48,901 nt of DNA. Origin: an uncultured Clostridia bacterium. GTDB lineage: Bacteria; Bacillota; Clostridia; TANB77; CAG-508. Position numbers and translations under genes: made by a program. The notes under the pieces were generated by a model that did not search any database, was not told the origin of the DNA, and was given only the letters and a program-made list of their open reading frames with translations. This document shows positions 30,139 through 41,868 of this stretch, piece by piece. Where the stretch lies: the NCBI GenBank assembly GCA_947625825.1, contig CANQPV010000002.1, forward strand, positions 1 to 48,901, in the 5' to 3' direction. Numbering within the stretch: the first letter of the stretch is position 1; the number at the start of each line of letters is the position of its first letter.

Positions 30139-31341
30139 TTAAGCAATAATTTCTGATACAACACCGCTACCTACTGTACGTCCACCTTCACGAATAGCGA
30201 ATCTTAATCCGTTTTCGATAGCAATTGGAGTAATAAGTTCGATTGTCATATCTACGTTATCACCTGGCATAACCATTTCTGTACCAGCTTGTAATTCAAT
30301 AACACCTGTAACGTCTGTTGTTCTAAAATAGAATTGTGGTCTATAACCATTGAAGAATGGTGTATGACGTCCACCTTCTTCTTTTGTTAGAACGTATACT
30401 TGTGCTTTGAATTTTGTATGTGGATGAATTGATCCTGGTTTTGCTAATACTTGACCACGTTCAACTTCGTTTCTTTGTGTTCCTCTTAATAGAACACCAA
30501 TGTTATCTCCTGCTTCAGCTTGGTCTAATGTTTTTCTAAACATTTCTACACCAGTAACAACTGTTTTGCTAGGTTCCTTTGAAAGACCTACGATTTCAAC
30601 TTCGTCTTGTAGTTTAACAACACCTCTTTCAACTCTACCAGTAACAACTGTACCTCTACCACTGATTGTCATAACGTCTTCAATTGGCATTAAGAATGGT
30701 TGGTCTGTTGGTCTATCTGGTGTTGGAATGTAGTTATCAACTGCATCTAATAATTCTTTAATTGGAGCATATACTGGATCGTTAGGATCTTGAGATGTGC
30801 TCTCTAATACTTTTAATGAAGAACCTTTAATAATTGGAATTTCATCTCCAGGGAAATCATAACTTGTAAGTAAGTCTCTAACTTCCATTTCAACTAATTC
30901 TAATAATTCTGGATCATCAACCATATCGCATTTATTTAAGTAAACTACGATATATTTAACACCTACTTGTCTTGCTAATAAGATGTGCTCTCTTGTTTGA
31001 GGCATTGGTCCATCTGCTGCAGATACAACTAATATTGTACCATCCATTTGAGCTGCACCAGTAATCATGTTCTTTACGTAGTCTGCGTGGCCTGGGCAGT
31101 CAACATGTGCGTAGTGTCTTTTTTCTGTTTCATATTCTACGTGAGCTGTGTTAATTGTGATTCCTCTTGCTTTTTCTTCTGGAGCACTATCGATTTGATC
31201 GTATGCTTCATATTGAGCTTTTCCTAGTAATGCTAGGTATTTTGTAATAGCTGCTGTTGTTGTTGTTTTACCATGGTCAACGTGTCCGATTGTACCAATG
31301 TTAACGTGTGGCTTTGTTCTTTCAAATTTTGCTTTAGCCAT
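30139..31341 (-). CDS. tuf: elongation factor Tu
   Basis: [27 protein letters not shown]..., 400 aa, full-length. Confidence 0.98.
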   Translation of the reverse strand: MAKAKFERTKPHVNIGTIGHVDHGKTTTTAAITKYLALLGKAQYEAYDQIDSAPEEKARGITINTAHVEYETEKRHYAHVDCPGHADYVKNMITGAAQMDGTILVVSAADGPMPQTREHILLARQVGVKYIVVYLNKCDMVDDPELLELVEMEVRDLLTSYDFPGDEIPIIKGSSLKVLESTSQDPNDPVYAPIKELLDAVDNYIPTPDRPTDQPFLMPIEDVMTISGRGTVVTGRVERGVVKLQDEVEIVGLSKEPSKTVVTGVEMFRKTLDQAEAGDNIGVLLRGTQRNEVERGQVLAKPGSIHPHTKFKAQVYVLTKEEGGRHTPFFNGYRPQFYFRTTDVTGVIELQAGTEMVMPGDNVDMTIELITPIAIENGLRFAIREGGRTVGSGVVSEIIA

Positions 31342-31498
31342 TTTTAAATTCCTCCTTGTTTTTAAGTTAGCTTTTAGATGAATTAAGCTTTTTAACTCAT
31401 ACTATTGCTACTTGTATTTATTTTTTAATATTAAAATCTAGTTTATTAGTACTTGTATTCTATAATATTTTTACTATAAAATCAAGTATTTTTATAAA

Positions 31499-33583
31499 TT
31501 AATCTTGCTTTTTAGCTCTTGATGCAACAATTGTATCAAATACTGATTTTGGAACTTCTTCATAATGGCTTGGTTCCATTGAATAAGTACCTCTACCTTG
31601 TGTTTTTGAACGTAAATCTGTTGCATAACCAAACATTTCTGATAATGGAATAAATGCACGAATAACTTGATTTCCTTGTATTGATTCCATTCCTTCCATT
31701 TTACCACGTCTAGAGTTAACGTCTCCAATAACATCTCCCATGTATTCTTCTGGAACTGTTATTTCAACTCTCATAATTGGTTCTAGAATAACTGATTTTG
31801 CTTGTTTACAACCTTCTTTGAAAGCCATAGAACCAGCAATTTTGAATGCCATTTCTGAAGAGTCAACTTCATGGTAAGAACCATCTACTAATGTAGCTTT
31901 AAAGTCTATAACAGGGTAACCTGCTAATATACCACTTTGAGCTGCTTCTCTAACGCCATCTTCAATTGGTTTAATGTATTCTTTTGGAACAACACCACCA
32001 ACGATTTTGCTTTCAAATTCAATTCCTTTACCTGCCTCTAATGGTTCCATTTCTAGCCATACATCACCGTATTGACCACGACCACCAGATTGACGAATAA
32101 ATTTACCTTGAACTTTAACTTTATTTCTTATTGTTTCTTTGTAAGAAACTTGTGGTTTACCTACGTTACATTCTACTTTAAATTCTCTTTTTAGACGATC
32201 TACTATAATGTCTAGGTGTAACTCACCCATACCAGCAATAATAGTTTGACCAGATTCTTGATCTGTCCATGTTTTGAATGTTGGGTCTTCTTCTGCAAGT
32301 TTGCTAAGTGCAATACCCATTTTTTCACTATTAGCTTTATCTTTTGGCTCAATAGCTATATCAATAACAGGCTCAGGGAATTCCATTGATTCTAGAATAA
32401 CTGGGTGCGCTGGATCACAAAGTGTATCTCCTGTAGATACTTCTTTTAGTCCAACTGCTGCTGCAATATCTCCAGCATATACTTTATCTATATCTTGTCT
32501 GTGATTTGCATGCATTAATAATATTCTTCCCATTCTATCTTTTTTATCTTTATTTGTATTTAAAATTGTAGATCCTGCTTCTAGTGTACCAGAATATACT
32601 CTAAAGAAGCAAAGTTTTCCAACAAATGGGTCTGTTGCAATTTTAAATGCTAAAGCTGAGAATGGTTCATTATCATCAGTTTTTCTTTCTACTTCATTTC
32701 CATTTTCATCTACACCTTTGATATGTGGAATATCAATTGGTGAAGGCATATAATCTACAACTGCATTTAGTAATTCTTGTACACCTTTGTTCTTATAAGA
32801 AGAACCACAGCATACAGGAACTATTTTATTAGCAATTGTTCCAATTCTAATACCTTTTTTAATTTCTTCTTCAGATAGTTCTTCGCCATCTAAATATTTC
32901 ATCATTAATTCATCATCTTGTTCTGCAGCAGCTTCTACTAATTTTGCTCTGTATTCTTCTGCTTCAGCTTTTAAATCTTCTGGTATATCACATTCTTCGA
33001 TTTCTTTTCCTAAATCGTCTTTGTGAATAAATGCTCTCATTTTAACTAAATCTACAATACCTTGAAAGCTTTCTTCCTTGCCTATTGGTAATTCAATTGG
33101 AATTGCGTTTGCTTTTAAACGATTACGTAATTGTTCAACACAAAGCATAAAATCAGCACCTGTAGTGTCCATTTTGTTTACATATACCATTCTTGGTACC
33201 ATGTATTTATCTGCTTGTCTCCAAACTGTTTCTGTTTGTGGTTGAACTCCACCTTTTGCTGCTAAAATTGTAACTGCACCATCAAGTACTTTTAAAGATC
33301 TTTGTACTTCAACTGTAAAGTCTACGTGTCCTGGTGTATCTATTATATTAATACGATTTCCTAGCCATTGGCAAGTAGTTGCAGCTGATGTAATTGTAAT
33401 ACCTCTTTCTTGTTCTTGTACCATCCAGTCCATAGTAGCTTCACCTTCGTGAACTTCTCCTATTTTGTGGGTTTTACCTGTATAGAAAAGTATTCTTTCT
33501 GTTGTTGTAGTTTTTCCTGCATCTATGTGGGCAACTATTCCTATATTTCTTGTTTTTTCTAAAGGAAACTCTCTTCCAGCCAC
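31499..33583 (-). CDS. fusA: elongation factor G (GTG start)
   Basis: [24 protein letters not shown], 694 aa, located between rpsG and tuf. Confidence 0.97.
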   Translation of the reverse strand: MAGREFPLEKTRNIGIVAHIDAGKTTTTERILFYTGKTHKIGEVHEGEATMDWMVQEQERGITITSAATTCQWLGNRINIIDTPGHVDFTVEVQRSLKVLDGAVTILAAKGGVQPQTETVWRQADKYMVPRMVYVNKMDTTGADFMLCVEQLRNRLKANAIPIELPIGKEESFQGIVDLVKMRAFIHKDDLGKEIEECDIPEDLKAEAEEYRAKLVEAAAEQDDELMMKYLDGEELSEEEIKKGIRIGTIANKIVPVCCGSSYKNKGVQELLNAVVDYMPSPIDIPHIKGVDENGNEVERKTDDNEPFSALAFKIATDPFVGKLCFFRVYSGTLEAGSTILNTNKDKKDRMGRILLMHANHRQDIDKVYAGDIAAAVGLKEVSTGDTLCDPAHPVILESMEFPEPVIDIAIEPKDKANSEKMGIALSKLAEEDPTFKTWTDQESGQTIIAGMGELHLDIIVDRLKREFKVECNVGKPQVSYKETIRNKVKVQGKFIRQSGGRGQYGDVWLEMEPLEAGKGIEFESKIVGGVVPKEYIKPIEDGVREAAQSGILAGYPVIDFKATLVDGSYHEVDSSEMAFKIAGSMAFKEGCKQAKSVILEPIMRVEITVPEEYMGDVIGDVNSRRGKMEGMESIQGNQVIRAFIPLSEMFGYATDLRSKTQGRGTYSMEPSHYEEVPKSVFDTIVASRAKKQD

Positions 33584-33695
33584 TATTTTATCCTCCTTAT
33601 ATTCATTTTTTAAGTTTCTAACGTGGACATATTTTCTTATAAGCTAGACATAGATGTTAAAATATGTCCCCGCCGGGCTTTTTTTCATTAAAATT

Positions 33696-34166
33696 TTAGA
33701 ATTTGTAATGAGCAAAAGCACGGTTTGCTTCAGCCATTTTATGCATATCTTCTTTTTTCTTAAATGCTCCACCATTTCCTGCTATAGCTTCTATGATTTC
33801 ATTGGCTAATTTTTCAGCCATTGTTTTTTCATTTCTTTTTCTAGCATAAGTAACAAGCCATCTTAGACCTAAAGTTTGTCTTCTTTCTGGTCTAATTTCA
33901 ATTGGAACTTGATATGTTGCACCACCAATTCTTCTTGCTTTTACTTCAAGAACTGGCATTACATTTTCAAGTGCTGCTTGGAAAACTTCTAGTGGATCTT
34001 TTTGCTCTTTTTCTTTAATGATGTCAAATGCATCATATACTATTCCTTGAGCAACTGTTTTTTTACCATCTAACATAACATTGTTTATTAATTTTGTTAC
34101 AACTTTGCTATTATATATTGGATCTGGTAAAACTTCTCTTTTTGCAATATATCCTTTTCTTGGCAC
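33696..34166 (-). CDS. rpsG: 30S ribosomal protein S7
   Basis: [28 protein letters not shown]..., 156 aa. Confidence 0.97.
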   Translation of the reverse strand: MPRKGYIAKREVLPDPIYNSKVVTKLINNVMLDGKKTVAQGIVYDAFDIIKEKEQKDPLEVFQAALENVMPVLEVKARRIGGATYQVPIEIRPERRQTLGLRWLVTYARKRNEKTMAEKLANEIIEAIAGNGGAFKKKEDMHKMAEANRAFAHYKF

Positions 34167-34438
34167 TATTCTTCCCTCCTTTTAATAATTTCATACTATA
34201 AAATATGAACTTGGTACTCTGAAAAACTTTTTGTTTTTCCGTATAGTGCTATATAATCTATTATAAATTTAAGTACCTTAAATTAGTAAGTAATATAGCA
34301 CTGCTTTAATTTCTGAATTTTAATCAAAAGCGAGTATTGCTAGGAAAGCAAACAAAAAATTTTGAAATTATACGCTTTGTATATTGAAAAATTTTTTGTG
34401 TAGCTTGACAACGCAAGACGAAGCTTTTCATTAAAATT

Positions 34439-34852
34439 TTATTTTTTTGGTTTTTTTGCTCCATATTTAGAACGACCTTGCATTCTGTCTTTAACACCTG
34501 CTGTATCTAATGTTCCTCTAATAATGTGGTATCTAACACCTGGAAGGTCTTTTACTCTTCCGCCCCTAATTAAAACAACACTGTGCTCTTGTAAGTTGTG
34601 TCCAATACCTGGAATATATGAAGTTACTTCATATCCATTAGATAATCTTACTCTGGCTACTTTTCTTAAAGCTGAGTTTGGTTTTTTAGGTGTTACAGTT
34701 TTTACAACAGTACATACACCTCTTTTTTGTGGTGATCTTCTGTTAGTAACTCTTTTATTCATAGAGTTATAACCATGTTGTAATGCTGGTGCTTTTGATT
34801 TATCGCTAGAGCTTTTTCTTCCTTTTCTTACTAATTGGTTGATTGTTGGCAC
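34439..34852 (-). CDS. rpsL: 30S ribosomal protein S12 (GTG start)
   Basis: [11 protein letters not shown] ... [10 protein letters not shown] ... VRGG-type motifs, 137 aa. Confidence 0.97.
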   Translation of the reverse strand: MPTINQLVRKGRKSSSDKSKAPALQHGYNSMNKRVTNRRSPQKRGVCTVVKTVTPKKPNSALRKVARVRLSNGYEVTSYIPGIGHNLQEHSVVLIRGGRVKDLPGVRYHIIRGTLDTAGVKDRMQGRSKYGAKKPKK

Positions 34853-34908
34853 TTAAATTTCACCTCTTTTCTTGTAATAAATTTGTAATATAAATGTTAA
34901 TTGCATGA

Positions 34909-34988
34909 ATTAACCGCTAGGGAAATACGATATTTACGTATTTTACACTAGCGGTTAATATTTTATCATTTTTATTAACAAAAGTCAA
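34909..34988 (-). promoter_or_regulatory. putative rpsL promoter followed by a 12-bp-arm inverted repeat (leader hairpin or operator)
   Basis: On the minus strand: TTGACT (34988-34983), a 17-nt spacer and an extended -10 TGATAAAAT ending at 34960. Immediately after comes ATTAACCGCTAG (34959-34948), then 27 nt containing an inner aaatacg/cgtattt stem, then CTAGCGGTTAAT (34920-34909). Confidence 0.5.
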
Positions 34989-35014
34989 GATAAATTGATA
35001 AGTTTGTTTGGATA

Positions 35015-37036
35015 TTATTTTTCTTCTTCATCATGCACTGTTGGTATATATACTAGTTCTTCATCATGATTTAAATCTGTTTCAGGTTCTTGATGTTCTA
35101 ATAATTGCCTATCTATTCTTTGACTTAACCTAAATGCTTCGGTTCTACTAAGGCCCATAACTTTAGGGTTTTCTATATATGTTCTAACTTCTTCTTCAGA
35201 TATTCCATAAGCTTTTGCAAATTCTGAAATACTAAAGTTTGGATCTTGTACACCTGATCTTAATGATTCAACAAGATTATCATGTACTACATCACTATGT
35301 AATTCTTCTTCCATTTTCATTTGACTATATTTATCATTTCTTATAGTTGTATTTCTTTCAATTTCTCCTGAAGTTAATTTCAAAGTTTTAATTTTTCTCC
35401 ATAATCTGCTAAATAAGCTTGGTGATTTTTCATAAAAAACTCGTCCTAATTTAGAGTTTGATTTAGCTATTTTTTGAATATATCTTGTTATGCCTCTATT
35501 CTCTTTTGAAATTCCATTTAAATTATCGAAATAATAAGCTATATTTAAATCTACTTTTGATTCATCTTTTATAGGATTTGTACTTAATAAATTTATATAT
35601 TGCTCAATGCTATTAGTTCCATATTTAGCATCAACTTTCTCTAATATACTTGCTATATTTTGATCATAATATTTGCCTGGATTATCTATTTGTCTTAATA
35701 ATATTTTGGATTCTCTCGGCTTCATTGTTTTAATATTATTCCATCCACTAATTTTATAAATTTCTACTTTCATATCATCAGTCATAATTTGTGCTTCGTA
35801 AGTTGGCTCTCCATTTTTTATGTAAAATATCACTCCATCTACAAAATTCCTTCTTTGTAAATTATTGCTTTGAGATTTAGTATTTTTTTCTTGTGGACTT
35901 GTGGCTGGCTTTGGTGACATTACTTGTGTTGTTTTATTAGTAGGTTTTGTTTCTACTTTTGTAGCAGGTGTTTTAGAAGTAGTTGTTTGTGTAGGTTTTA
36001 CAGTTACTACTTGAGGCGGTGTTTGTGGCTGTTTTTTATTAAAAATAGCTTGTATTTTTTTAAATGTTTCGTCATCTAATTCTGTTTCACCTTGTCCTGC
36101 TTCATCTCGTTCTACTTTATCTTGTTCATCATTATAGGCTTTTATTTCCTCTTGTGTTCTTTCCTGTGTTAATTCTTCATTAATCTTTTCCATTTCATTA
36201 TGAACTATCCAGCTACTATCTTCTTCTATTGTTCTTTGTCTAGCAGCTTGTTCATCTTTTTTTCTGTACTCTGCCCACATTTCATCTTCTTGAGCAGATA
36301 TTTCCTCTTCCTGTTTTTCTTTTTCTTTAGTATCTAATTCTTTTAAGTAAGTATCTAAAGTGTTAGCGTCTTCTTGTAGTTCTGCTAATTGTTTTTCTAA
36401 TTCATTTATTTTTTTATTTACTAATCTTGCTTTTAAGAAGTATGCAGTAGCTTTTTCGCTTGCATCTTTATATGTCTTATCCTCTAAATGTTCAATTCCA
36501 GAAATTGCCCTATAAGATTTATGAGCTTTCATGTTTTCGGTATATTTAGCTTTTTGCTCTTTAATTTCTGCTTGTTTTGCTTGCATTTGCTTACTAACTT
36601 CTTCTTGTTTTGCTTGTAACTCTAAAGTATAATTAGCTTTTTCTGCTTCTTGTTTTTGCTTTAATTTATCTTTTAAAGCTTCTTCACTTAGTCCATCAAG
36701 TTCTTCTTGTAATTTTGATTTTTCATCACGCATTAATCTTATTTCTTTTCCTTTTTCTCTTGCTTGTTTTATATAGTTTAATGCAGCTGAGTTTATTACT
36801 TTGTATACTTTTTCATCTAATAGTTTTGGTCCCCTAGAAATTGATCTGTGCATTTCGTAACCTTTTAATTGTTCTTCTCTTTCACTTTCTAAACCTTTAA
36901 TATCTTCGTTTTTTTGCTCTATTTGTTTTCTTAGTTCTTCTCTTTTAGGTTTTAAATCTAAAATAAACTCTATTCTTGCTGCTTCTAGTCTTTGCTCTAG
37001 TTGTTTTCTTAGTTCTTCAATATTTATATTACTCAT
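35015..37036 (-). CDS. hypothetical 673-aa protein: duplicated coiled-coil N-terminal modules, a P/T/Q-rich linker and a globular C-terminal region
   Basis: Long uninterrupted ORF with strongly charged heptad-like sequence. No family recognised. Confidence 0.55.
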   Translation of the reverse strand: MSNINIEELRKQLEQRLEAARIEFILDLKPKREELRKQIEQKNEDIKGLESEREEQLKGYEMHRSISRGPKLLDEKVYKVINSAALNYIKQAREKGKEIRLMRDEKSKLQEELDGLSEEALKDKLKQKQEAEKANYTLELQAKQEEVSKQMQAKQAEIKEQKAKYTENMKAHKSYRAISGIEHLEDKTYKDASEKATAYFLKARLVNKKINELEKQLAELQEDANTLDTYLKELDTKEKEKQEEEISAQEDEMWAEYRKKDEQAARQRTIEEDSSWIVHNEMEKINEELTQERTQEEIKAYNDEQDKVERDEAGQGETELDDETFKKIQAIFNKKQPQTPPQVVTVKPTQTTTSKTPATKVETKPTNKTTQVMSPKPATSPQEKNTKSQSNNLQRRNFVDGVIFYIKNGEPTYEAQIMTDDMKVEIYKISGWNNIKTMKPRESKILLRQIDNPGKYYDQNIASILEKVDAKYGTNSIEQYINLLSTNPIKDESKVDLNIAYYFDNLNGISKENRGITRYIQKIAKSNSKLGRVFYEKSPSLFSRLWRKIKTLKLTSGEIERNTTIRNDKYSQMKMEEELHSDVVHDNLVESLRSGVQDPNFSISEFAKAYGISEEEVRTYIENPKVMGLSRTEAFRLSQRIDRQLLEHQEPETDLNHDEELVYIPTVHDEEEK

Positions 37037-37178
37037 AATTTCCCCCTATTTTTTCCAATATATGTTTATTATAGCACATATTTCATATTTTTGCAACACA
37101 TTATGTAATCTTTGTGTTTATAAAACCACTTATTCATTTTTATTTTACTATATATTAATGTTTCTGTGTTAATTGTAA

Positions 37179-38687
37179 CTAAAACTTAATATAATTGTTA
37201 TTGTTTTGTAATATTTGTTCTAAATCTTTTATTGCTCTATCTGCTAATTTTGTATATCTTAGTTTTTTATCTTTTATTTTTTCTGGTAATTCTGGTAAAA
37301 TACCAAAATTAGCATTCATTGGTTCAAACTCTTTATTTTCAGTAGAAATATACTTAGCTAAAGCTCCTATCATAGTAGTTTCTGGAAATACAATTTTATT
37401 TTTTATCTGCTTTTTCACTGAATTTAATTTTTTATTATTTATTTTTCTATTTTTATTTAACTCATTAAATTGTTCTGCTGCATTTAAAGCAGATACTAGT
37501 CCTGAAGAAATAGATTCAACATAACCTTCCACACCAGTTATTTGTCCTGCAAAATAAATATTTGGATTGCTTTTCATTTGATATGTATTATTTAATAATT
37601 TTGTAGAATCTATATATGTATTTCTATGCATTACTCCATATTTTACAAAATTTGCATTTTTTAAACCTGGTATCATTTGAAATACTCTCTTTTGTTCTTC
37701 AAATTTTAAATTTGTTTGAAATCCAACCATATTAAAAAGATTGCCCATGCTGTTGTCTTGCCTTAGTTGAACTACCGCATATGGTCTTACTCCAGTTCTT
37801 TTATCTGTAAAGCCTACTGGTTTTAATGGTCCAAATCTTAATGTATCTACACCTCTTTTAGCCATAATTTCAATTGGCATACATCCTTCAAAAATTTCTT
37901 GCTTTTCAAATTCATGTAAAGTAACTACCTGTGCATTTACAAGCTCTGTAAAAAAAGCCTCATATTCTTCTTTATTCATTGGAAGGTTTATATAGCCTTC
38001 TTCTAAAATATTTTTTATTCTTTTTTGCCAATCTTCTATATTTTCTTCTTTTTGCCTTTCTTGATCATATCGATTTCCCCAAAAGGCAATGCTCATATCT
38101 ATTGAATCTTTTTCTATAATTGGAGCTGCTGCATCAAAAAAATGTAATTTATTTTCTCCTGTTAAATTAGTTATTTCTTTTGATAAATTATCTGATGTAA
38201 GCGGTCCTGTAGCAATTATTACAATTCCATTTTGTATCATTTCTTTAAAATCACTTGTAGTTTCTTCTTCTATTACAATGTCTCCAATACTGTTTACATA
38301 CTGAATTCCAACTTCTTTTCGTATTATTTCTATGTTTTCCATTTTTTCTAATTCTTGAGTTACTTTTTTAGAAAATTCTTCTCTATCCACAGCTAAAGCC
38401 TGACCTGCTGGCACACTTGTCTCGTCTGCAACACGAATTAATAAAGAATCTAACTTCCTTAATTCTTCTTTTAATAATCCACAAGCATTTGTATGCAGGT
38501 TTGATTTTAAAGAATTACTACAAACAATTTCTGCTAAATTAGAATTGCTATGTGCTGGTGAATATTTAACTGGCTTCATTTCATATAGCTTTACTTTTAT
38601 TCCTCTTTTTGCAATTTGATATGCAGCTTCTGAGCCAGCTAAGCCCCCACCAATTACTACTATATAATCTTTCATTTTAAAATTCAT
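37179..38687 (-). CDS. trmFO: methylenetetrahydrofolate--tRNA-(uracil-5-)-methyltransferase TrmFO (Gid)
   Basis: FAD motif VIGGGLAGSEAAYQ plus the SNSLKS, GQITGVEGYVES and NANFGIL segments. At 502 aa it is longer than typical, with internal and C-terminal insertions. The start may be ATG 38675. Confidence 0.88.
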   Translation of the reverse strand: MNFKMKDYIVVIGGGLAGSEAAYQIAKRGIKVKLYEMKPVKYSPAHSNSNLAEIVCSNSLKSNLHTNACGLLKEELRKLDSLLIRVADETSVPAGQALAVDREEFSKKVTQELEKMENIEIIRKEVGIQYVNSIGDIVIEEETTSDFKEMIQNGIVIIATGPLTSDNLSKEITNLTGENKLHFFDAAAPIIEKDSIDMSIAFWGNRYDQERQKEENIEDWQKRIKNILEEGYINLPMNKEEYEAFFTELVNAQVVTLHEFEKQEIFEGCMPIEIMAKRGVDTLRFGPLKPVGFTDKRTGVRPYAVVQLRQDNSMGNLFNMVGFQTNLKFEEQKRVFQMIPGLKNANFVKYGVMHRNTYIDSTKLLNNTYQMKSNPNIYFAGQITGVEGYVESISSGLVSALNAAEQFNELNKNRKINNKKLNSVKKQIKNKIVFPETTMIGALAKYISTENKEFEPMNANFGILPELPEKIKDKKLRYTKLADRAIKDLEQILQNNNNYIKF

Positions 38688-38727
38688 TCCCCTTTTGTTC
38701 TATTTGAAAAACACAATATTTATGCTT

Positions 38728-38835
38728 GAAAAGTACTATTTTTCGCAGTTTTGAAAGGTCCCGTTCTGGCTTTTCTTCTTTGAACTTGCTTGCCTAGCAA
38801 CGTGCATTTGAAAAACAAGAAAAATAGTACTTTTC
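38728..38835. repeat. 108-nt intergenic repeat, copy 2 (perfect 16-bp terminal inverted repeat)
   Basis: gaaaagtactattttt (38728-38743) is the exact reverse complement of aaaaatagtacttttc (38820-38835). The body aligns with 3144-3251. Confidence 0.75.
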
Positions 38836-38885
38836 AGGAAATTAGTTATAGTTTTCAATTTTGTTTTTCAAGTTTTCTTGCACTT

Positions 38886-41868
38886 TTAGCCAAATAATTC
38901 CATAATATCTTCTTTTGATAATTGGCTAATAAATGTACTTTGAGTTGATAACATATTATTAATAAGCTTTGCCTTTTTTTGCTGAAGTTCATAAATTTTT
39001 TCTTCTATAGAATTTTTTGTAATTAGTTTATATACTTGTACATTATTTTTTTGGCCTATTCTGTAAGTTCTATCTGTTGCTTGGTTTTCAGCGGATAAAT
39101 TCCACCATGGGTCATAGTGTATTACCATATCTGCACCTGTTAAATTTAAACCTGTTCCACCTGCTTTTAAAGATATTAAAAATACTTTTATATTTTCATC
39201 TTCGTTAAATTTATCTACCAAATTTATTCTATCTGCAACTTTTGTTTGACCTGTTAATTTTAAATACGGTATACCTTTACTTTTTATTTCTTTTTCTATC
39301 ATTTCGAACATTGATGTATAGCCTGAAAATAGCAATATTTTATGGCCACTTGCTATTGCATCTTCCATAACTTCTATGCATTGAGTTAATTTGCTACTTT
39401 CTCCGTTATAATCTTGCAAAAATAGGCTTGGATGGCAGCATATTTGTCTTAATCTCATAAGTAATGCTAGAATTTTAATTTGGCTATTTTCAAAGCCATT
39501 TAGTTTAATTTCTTCTGCAACTTCTTTTTTGGCTCTTGCTAAATATGATAAATATATTTTTTGCTGTTCATCTTGCATTTCATTGTATAATACTGTAACT
39601 GTTTTATCTGGAAGCTCCGTTAGTACTTCCTTTTTAACTCTTCGTAAAATAAATGGTTCTATCATTCGTTTTAATTGGTTCATTCTATACTGATTATTAT
39701 CTTTTACTATAGGTGTTTCATACAGTTCTTTAAATTTACGATATTTAAATAAATATCCTGGCATAATATAATCAAATATTGACCATAATTCTGAAAGCGA
39801 ATTTTCAATAGGGGTTCCGGTTGATGCAAATCTTACCTCTGATGAAATTTGCTTAATTGCTTTAGCATTTTGTGTATTGTTATTTTTAATGTATTGTGCT
39901 TCATCTGCTATCATATATTTAAATTGATAAGATTTTTGAGTATAAAAATCAATATCTCTTTTTAATGAATCATATGAAGTAATTACTAAATTATAGTTTT
40001 CAATTTTTGATATCTTCTTTTCTCTATCTAAAGCGCTACCACTAATAACACAGGCTTTTAAACTAGGTGTAAATTTTGTACATTCTCCTAACCAGTTTAA
40101 TGTAAGAGAACTTGGGCATACTACCAAAGATGGCTTTGCATTTTTTCCATTTTCGTTCACATATGATAAAACAACGGCTAGTAATTGAAGGGTTTTTCCG
40201 TAATCCCATATCGTCTGCTAAAATTCCACCAAACTCATATTCATCTAACAACTTTAGCCATTTATATCCCACTTTTTGATATAGCCTCATTTGTGCATTT
40301 AAATTCTCCGGTATTAATATATCTGCAGTATTTCGGTTTTCTTTTAACCTTTCTACTATTGTTTGATAAGTTTCATCTGCTTTAACTTCAACATTTTTTA
40401 AACTTTTAAGCATTTTTTCTAGATATAAACTTCTATAACTTGGCATACTAATAAAGCCATTTTTAAAATCATTATAGTCTATATCTAAATTATAAGTTAG
40501 TTCTTCTAAAAATTGTATATTTTCATTTTCTTCTAGCTTTATATAGCTTCCATCTTTTAACCTATGAAATTTTTTCTTTAATCTATATTTTTGTAATATT
40601 TGGTTTAAGTCTGATAAATCTATTCCAATTTGAGATAAATCTATTTCTAATAAATGGTTTTCTACTTTTATTCCAATAGATTTCATTTGAAAAGTATGAA
40701 TTTGTTTTTTCTTAAAAGCATCTGTTGCAAGAATTTCATATTTCCTCATATAGCTTTCTATTTCTTCTGATAAAAATGAAAAAATTCTTTCTTCATCTGC
40801 TAAAACAAGCCTTGCTTTTGCTTTATCTAATAAAAAGCCAGTTTGTATAAAATTATTTAATGCTTCGTTTTCTAATGCAATATTTCTTGCAAAATTTGTG
40901 CTAGACTTTATAAATGGATTTATTTCTTGATTTTCATAGCAAAATTTAACTTCTGCTGTTATATTGCCATGTATGTCATAGTCTAAATACATTTTTACTC
41001 CTAATTTTTTTGGAATACACTTTTCTTTTATGCTATTTGAAAGTGATTCAAATTTTATTTTGTTTTCCATTTTAGGAGCAATTATTGCAAAAAAGCTAGT
41101 TAGTTCTAACTCATCCATAATAATTTCATTTGTATAATTTTTTCGTAATATTTCTAATAATTTTAAAGTAGTTTCTTGAAACTCAGCCGTGCAACGATAA
41201 ATGGTATTTGGAAATAATATATACATATATTCTTTTCCTTGCAAAATATCATATGAAAATACATCTATGTTACAATTAAGTTTAAATTTATTTTCTATTT
41301 GATTAATTTCAAATAATATTTCTGGCTCTTCTTTAGAAAAGTAAATTGTTTTTTCTTTATCTGCTTTTTGAAATAGCACTTCTTTTCCTTGCAGGCTATT
41401 AAATAAGTCATCTAAACCAGTGTTAGATATTAAAATGCTATCTGGCACAAAATTTTTAGAGTAATAGTTATATTCATTTGTTACTTCATTTTGATATTTC
41501 ATAATTTCTGCATATTTTAGTAAAAATTTAAGTATAGAAATAGAATCTTCTGAAAAGGACTCTTCTTGGTGAAATAGATTTAACTTATTTCCATATTTAT
41601 ATGTTTCTTTATTTAACATTTTTTCATAAAACTCTGGTAAATTTTTTATTTTATAAAGTTGTTTATCTCCAATTTTAAATTCTATTTTTAATTGTTTTGT
41701 AAACTCATTATAAAAAATTTTAGGAATAATTTGAACATTTTGAGCATACTCTTCTTTGCTTTCTTCTGTTTTTGTTTCATTTTTTTGTGAACTAACAAAA
41801 GTATTTAATAATTGCTTAAATACCCTATGATTTTCTTTTTCTCTAATTTCATTTTGGTCTTCCAACAT
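38886..41868 (-). CDS. SNF2-family helicase (about 993 aa) with a long N-terminal SNF2-associated region; needs a +1 shift at the in-phase CGG 40200-40198
   Basis: The two overlapping tracked ORFs (601 aa and 424 aa) are one gene. The zero frame reads [15 protein letters not shown]... Skipping C40200 gives [42 protein letters not shown], which is SNF2 motif I. Downstream motifs are intact (DEAQYIKN, SLKAGGTGLNLTGAD, QATDRTYRIGQ). Confidence 0.88.

Noticed and set aside
31492-31734. 80-aa minus-strand ORF overlapping the 3' end of fusA.
   Set aside because: It is an alternative frame inside EF-G with no homology or RBS, so it is spurious.
34323-34433. 36-codon minus-strand ORF (MKSFVLRCQATQKIFQYTKRIISKFFVCFPSNTRF) inside the rpsL-rpsG spacer, and a 23-codon ORF inside repeat copy 2.
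   Set aside because: There is no Shine-Dalgarno sequence. The length is within chance expectation. The corresponding ORF in repeat copy 1 lacks an ATG. They are mentioned only as possibilities.
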